Source: Fibrobacterales bacterium (GTDB lineage Bacteria; Fibrobacterota; Fibrobacteria; Fibrobacterales; JAOPTW01). From it: DNA of 40,297 bases. Under the pieces are notes generated by a model, which made no database searches, was not told where the DNA came from, and worked only from the letters and a program-made list of their open reading frames with translations. Of the stretch, positions 36,183 to 40,297 are shown piece by piece. The stretch covers positions 1 through 40,297 of the forward strand of contig JAOPTW010000050.1 of NCBI GenBank assembly GCA_051532035.1. Direction: 5' to 3'. The first letter of the stretch is position 1. Every line of letters starts with the position of its first letter. The translations under genes and the position numbers were made by a program.

Positions 36183-38618
36183 TTAACGGTATTCAATATC
36201 AGAATCTTCAGCAAGCTTCTGAGCAATACGCTCTTGTGCTTTATTCACCTCTTTATCAGTCAAGGTGTCATTACTCTGATAGGTAAACTGATACAGTACT
36301 GCTTTTTTGCCTTCTGGGACACCTTCTCCGGTATAAATACTTTTAAGGTCTACTGACACGAGATTCTTCGCTCTAATAGCAGAGACTTTATCGAGAATAG
36401 CTTGATGATCGAGCTTAAGATCTACCTGCATCGATATCTCACGAGTCATTTTACCCCCCTTAAAGAATGCTTTAAAAGTTCTCACTTCTAAGCCCGCATC
36501 AATAATAGGGTCAAAATCCAGCTCAAATACTACTGTACTCATCTTAATATCAAATGCTTTCTGAATAGCGGGATGTAACTCTCCAAAAGAACCCAGTAGA
36601 AGATCACCAAGATACACATCTGCTTGTTTATGAGGGTGTAAATATGATTCTCTATCAGAGCGTACAATAGATATATCTATATGTAACGTTGAAAAGAAGT
36701 TCTCAATTATTCCTTTGAGGTCTAAAAAGGATGCTTGTGTTGGCTTATCCGGAACTGAAGTATAATCAAAATCACCTGCAATAACTCCAGAGACAATTTC
36801 CTTCTCTGTTGTACCTGGGTCTCTATCACTTCGTGCTTCTGTATTATCAAAAAATGCCTTTGAGATCTCGTACAATCGAACAGCTTTCTCATGATTCTTC
36901 TCATTCTGAGCAACTGCATTGAGCATTGTTGGAATAAGAGAGGTCTGCATAACCCCAAGCTCTTCACTAATTGGATTTTTAAGGGCCACTACATTGGTGC
37001 GCGGGTCACCTTCTGTAAAAACCTTTTCGATGCTTTTAACCGAATCAAATCGAAGAGAGAGCCCTTCACTTAACCCTGACGCAGAAAGTGCTGCGCGACT
37101 TGCACGACCAACTCGCTCATTTTTAGGAAGCTCATTTAATGCCAATTCAAAACTTGGAAAAATTGTTGGTATATCGTCAAATCCAACTTTTTGCACGACC
37201 TCTTCAATAAGATCAACCTCTTGTTGGAGGTCAGGACGATACCCAGGAATGAGAAAGCTCACACTGTCTTCGGTATCAGCAACTTTTTGGAGACCAATGC
37301 CTTCCATTAAAGAGATAACACGATCTTTAGGGACTTCGATACCGAGTATCCGTTTAATACGAGACATTCTAATTGAAACAGTATCAGGCTCATTTTTATG
37401 ATCAGGAGCAGTATCAATGATACTTCCTTTCAAAACCTCTCCTCCACACACATCTGCAATCATAGCAGCAGAGAGTTCTGAGATCGCTTCTTGTTGAAAC
37501 GGGCTCACACCACGTTCAAAGCGGTGCGATGCATCAGAATGAATCGAAAGCCTGCGCGCTTGTTTTCTTACTACCGAAGGAGTAAAATAAGCAACTTCTA
37601 AAAAGACATCTTTTGTCGTATCTGAAATTTCAGTTGATTCCCCCCCCATCACTCCACCAAGGCAGATAGGCTCATCACCGTCACAAATAACCATGTCAGA
37701 CTCAATAAGCTCACGCTCGACATGGTCAAGAGTTATCAGTTTTTCGCCTTCATTTGCATTTCGAACAATAATGTTTTTTGTTTTCAGTGAATCATAATCA
37801 AAAGCATGGAGCGGTTGACCTGTTTTCATGAGAATAAAGTTTGTTACATCAACCACATTATTGATTGGTGTAATCCCCACTGTAAGTAAAAAACGTTTGA
37901 GCCATGATGGACTTTCACCAACAGATACTCCTTTAATAATTCTACCAGTATACTTGGTACACCCACACTCTTCTTCAACTTCAATAGTAACTTTGCCTTC
38001 AATAGACTCGGTTGATTCTTGTAGTTCGAACTCAGGCATAGTAAGTTCTTTATCAAAAAATGCCGCAAGCTCACGCGCGATACCGATGTGACTCAATGCA
38101 TCAGGTCTATTAGGTGTAACATTTACCTCAAAAATAACATCGTAAAAACCAGGTAACGTGTTGATTTTTGTTCCCGCTTCGAGACTTTCATCCAACACCA
38201 TGATACCATCATGACTTTCACCAAGTCCAATCTCATCTTCAGCACAGATCATACCGAGTGATTCAACACCACGGATCTTCGCTTTTTTGATTTTAAAAGG
38301 CTTAGCACCTTCTTCTGTTGGAAGTTTTGACCCAACAGGAGCAAAAACTACCGTCTGACCCGCATCTACATTGGGTGCACCGCAAACCACTTGGATTTCA
38401 TTGGTGCCATCAAAAAGTTTTGTAACAGAGAGTTTATCCGCATCAGGGTGTTGCGTACGTTCACGCACTTTGCCTACGATCAAATCCCTATAGGCTTCAC
38501 CAGTATTTTCTAATCCCTCAACCTCGAGACCGAGAGAGGTAAGAGCTGCTTCAATTTTTTCAGGAGATATTCCACTCAGATCTACATAACGCTGTAACCA
38601 GCTTAAACTTGCTAACAT
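36183..38618 (-). CDS. pheT: Phenylalanine--tRNA ligase beta subunit
   Basis: HPDADKL, VCGAPNV, TPNRPDALS, INNVVDVTN, GQPLHAFD, DLIEEV, C-terminal FDX-ACB domain. Confidence 0.98.
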   Translation of the reverse strand: MLASLSWLQRYVDLSGISPEKIEAALTSLGLEVEGLENTGEAYRDLIVGKVRERTQHPDADKLSVTKLFDGTNEIQVVCGAPNVDAGQTVVFAPVGSKLPTEEGAKPFKIKKAKIRGVESLGMICAEDEIGLGESHDGIMVLDESLEAGTKINTLPGFYDVIFEVNVTPNRPDALSHIGIARELAAFFDKELTMPEFELQESTESIEGKVTIEVEEECGCTKYTGRIIKGVSVGESPSWLKRFLLTVGITPINNVVDVTNFILMKTGQPLHAFDYDSLKTKNIIVRNANEGEKLITLDHVERELIESDMVICDGDEPICLGGVMGGESTEISDTTKDVFLEVAYFTPSVVRKQARRLSIHSDASHRFERGVSPFQQEAISELSAAMIADVCGGEVLKGSIIDTAPDHKNEPDTVSIRMSRIKRILGIEVPKDRVISLMEGIGLQKVADTEDSVSFLIPGYRPDLQQEVDLIEEVVQKVGFDDIPTIFPSFELALNELPKNERVGRASRAALSASGLSEGLSLRFDSVKSIEKVFTEGDPRTNVVALKNPISEELGVMQTSLIPTMLNAVAQNEKNHEKAVRLYEISKAFFDNTEARSDRDPGTTEKEIVSGVIAGDFDYTSVPDKPTQASFLDLKGIIENFFSTLHIDISIVRSDRESYLHPHKQADVYLGDLLLGSFGELHPAIQKAFDIKMSTVVFELDFDPIIDAGLEVRTFKAFFKGGKMTREISMQVDLKLDHQAILDKVSAIRAKNLVSVDLKSIYTGEGVPEGKKAVLYQFTYQSNDTLTDKEVNKAQERIAQKLAEDSDIEYR

Positions 38619-38627
38619 TTATCTACC

Positions 38628-39644
38628 CTACCACTGCTTTAAAAATCGGTTATCATTTGCGGTTAACAGCCCAATCTCTGGAATCTGATATTTAAGCATA
38701 GTCATACGTTCAATGCCAAAGCCAAATGCAAAACCGGTATACTCTTCTGAGTCTATATTCACTTTTTCAAGAACTGCTGGATTGACACTACCACATCCAC
38801 CAATCTCTATCCATCCACATCCTTTACATACACGACACCCTTTGCCACTACAGAATACACACGAGACATCCATCTCTGCAGAAGGTTCTGTAAAAGGAAA
38901 ATACGAAGGACGAAATCGAATATTCACGTCTTTGCCAAACATGCTCTGAGCCCATAAAAAGAGCGTCCCTTTAAGATGAGCAAAAGAGATATCTTTATCA
39001 ACAACCAACCCTTCAACTTGCGAAAACATTGGTGCATGAGACGCATCCATGTCTTTTCGATACACATAGCCAGGAGCAATAATTTTAAGAGGAGGTTTAG
39101 ACTCTTCCATAACATGAATCTGAATACCTGACGTTTGAGTACGAAGTACCACTTCACTATCGATATAGAAGGTGTCTTGCATATCACGTGCGGGATGATC
39201 TTCTGGAATATTAAGTGCTTCAAAGTTATAGAAGTCAGTCTCAATTTCACGACCAGCCTGTACACTGAATCCCATTCCAAAAAAGAAGTCGATGATTTGA
39301 TCACGAACGATGGTAACGGGATGAGAACTTCCTGGTTCAATACCGTATGCCTGTTTAGAGATATCTTCATATCCCTTACTTAGACTCTCAGTAAGTTTTC
39401 TCTTCTCTTCTTCTTCGAGAAGAGTGTCTATCTTCTCCTCAACCTCTTTCCGAAGTACATTTACTGCTTGACCAAAGACAGGGCGTTCTTCCTGTGAAAG
39501 CCCCCCCATCTGTTTCATAAGACCAGTTACCAGACCTTTTTTGCCTAAATACTTTACTTTTAGTTCCTGAACAGCACCACTTGACTGTTCAATATCAGCA
39601 TTAAACTGATCAAGGATTTCCTGGGTGATTTCTTGTACGCCCAA
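38628..39644 (-). CDS. pheS: Phenylalanine--tRNA ligase alpha subunit
   Basis: HPARDMQDTFY, LRTQTS, RPSYFPFTEPS, CxxC-x4-CxxC insert, GFAFGFGIER; TTG start with GAGGAG SD. Confidence 0.98.
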   Translation of the reverse strand: MGVQEITQEILDQFNADIEQSSGAVQELKVKYLGKKGLVTGLMKQMGGLSQEERPVFGQAVNVLRKEVEEKIDTLLEEEEKRKLTESLSKGYEDISKQAYGIEPGSSHPVTIVRDQIIDFFFGMGFSVQAGREIETDFYNFEALNIPEDHPARDMQDTFYIDSEVVLRTQTSGIQIHVMEESKPPLKIIAPGYVYRKDMDASHAPMFSQVEGLVVDKDISFAHLKGTLFLWAQSMFGKDVNIRFRPSYFPFTEPSAEMDVSCVFCSGKGCRVCKGCGWIEIGGCGSVNPAVLEKVNIDSEEYTGFAFGFGIERMTMLKYQIPEIGLLTANDNRFLKQW

Positions 39645-39834
39645 AACCTACTCCTCTGCAATTGTTATATAGCCTTAACTGGCTAAAACCTTTAAATTTC
39701 AGCGGTAAAGTTAGAAAATTGATTTTAAATTTGGGGCAATGATCAGGATTTCTGCATGCTTGAAAGAACGCGATCAAAGTAACAATCAAACAGGGCGAAT
39801 CAATTTGTTGTATTTTACTGTTTTTTAGAAAACC

Positions 39835-39868
39835 AAAAAAACGCAATAGGCATAACCTATTGCGTTTT
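39835..39868 (-). terminator. Intrinsic terminator after rplT
   Basis: AAAACGCAATAGG-CATAA-CCTATTGCGTTTT with minus-strand U-tract. Confidence 0.85.
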
Positions 39869-39887
39869 AAAATTTTTGATCGATTAC

Positions 39888-40238
39888 TTAAGCAGCTTTA
39901 GCAATCTTTACAACTTCTGCAAATGCAGCAGCATCGTTCATTGCAAGGTCAGCAAGAACCTTACGATTTAAATCGATATCTGCTTTATTGAGAAGATTGA
40001 TAAGATTTGAATAGCTTACACCGTTGATACGTGCAGCTGCATTAATACGAGTGATCCATAATGAACGGAAATCACCTTTCTTATCTTTTCTGTGCTCATA
40101 TGCATATTGCCCAGCACGTTGTACTGCTTCAATAGCAAGCTTAAGGTTACTTTTACGACGACCGTAGTATCCTCTAGCAGATTTTAATATCTTTTTTCTT
40201 CTGGCGCGTGACGCGACTCTATTCTTAGCTCTTGGCAT
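39888..40238 (-). CDS. rplT: 50S ribosomal protein L20
   Basis: MPRAK...RRKKILK-x-A-x-GY-x-G, FRSLWITRINAAAR, LNRKVLADLA. Confidence 0.98.
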   Translation of the reverse strand: MPRAKNRVASRARRKKILKSARGYYGRRKSNLKLAIEAVQRAGQYAYEHRKDKKGDFRSLWITRINAAARINGVSYSNLINLLNKADIDLNRKVLADLAMNDAAAFAEVVKIAKAA

Positions 40239-40250
40239 TTTTTTCTCCGA

Positions 40251-40297
40251 TTAACCCAAGCAAAGCATGCGCTTGACTTTAAGTACGTCACTACCTG
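40251..40297 (-). CDS. rpmI: 50S ribosomal protein L35, 3' end only (partial)
   Basis: Minus-strand translation ...GSDVLKVKRMLCLG* immediately upstream of rplT, matching the conserved order. Confidence 0.8.
   Translation of the reverse strand, partial: GSDVLKVKRMLCLG

Noticed and set aside
39645..39834. pheM-like attenuator or T-box upstream of pheS
   Set aside because: No Phe-rich leader peptide with its own terminator and no T-box consensus; only the rplT terminator is evident.
1..40297. CRISPR array, tRNA/rRNA, transposase, integrase or prophage
   Set aside because: No regularly spaced repeats, RNA-gene signatures or recombinase/transposase motifs were seen in the ORFs.

Overview
Bacterial chromosome segment from an AT-rich, flagellated Gram-negative organism. 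The PorV-like, PEGA and LolA genes suggest an FCB-group/Fibrobacterota-like lineage, but this is inference only. Housekeeping genes: hemC-hemD-hemL, folB, glgC, a MurC-family ligase, and rpmI(partial)-rplT-pheS-pheT. Also present are a TPR/PAS-kinase/sigma54-activator module, a divergent sigma28-driven flagellin, and a cytoplasmic hybrid kinase. The main accessory feature is a ~13.5-kb twin chaperone-usher pilus locus (19701-33192) with two oversized ushers that appear to carry a duplicated N-terminal domain, two chaperones, two major pilins and two small subunits lacking a donor strand. The motif GTTGACACAAACA...CCTTAG occurs three times in its control region: at the predicted +1 of both major pilin genes, and once inverted before usher 2. 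That gives the geometry of an invertible switch, though no recombinase is in the window. A second unexplained element is a consensus sigma54 promoter with upstream repeated boxes, followed by a ~190-nt structured, CCUU/AAGG-repeat leader or sRNA in front of an orphan outer-membrane barrel gene. No rRNA, tRNA, CRISPR array or transposase was seen.
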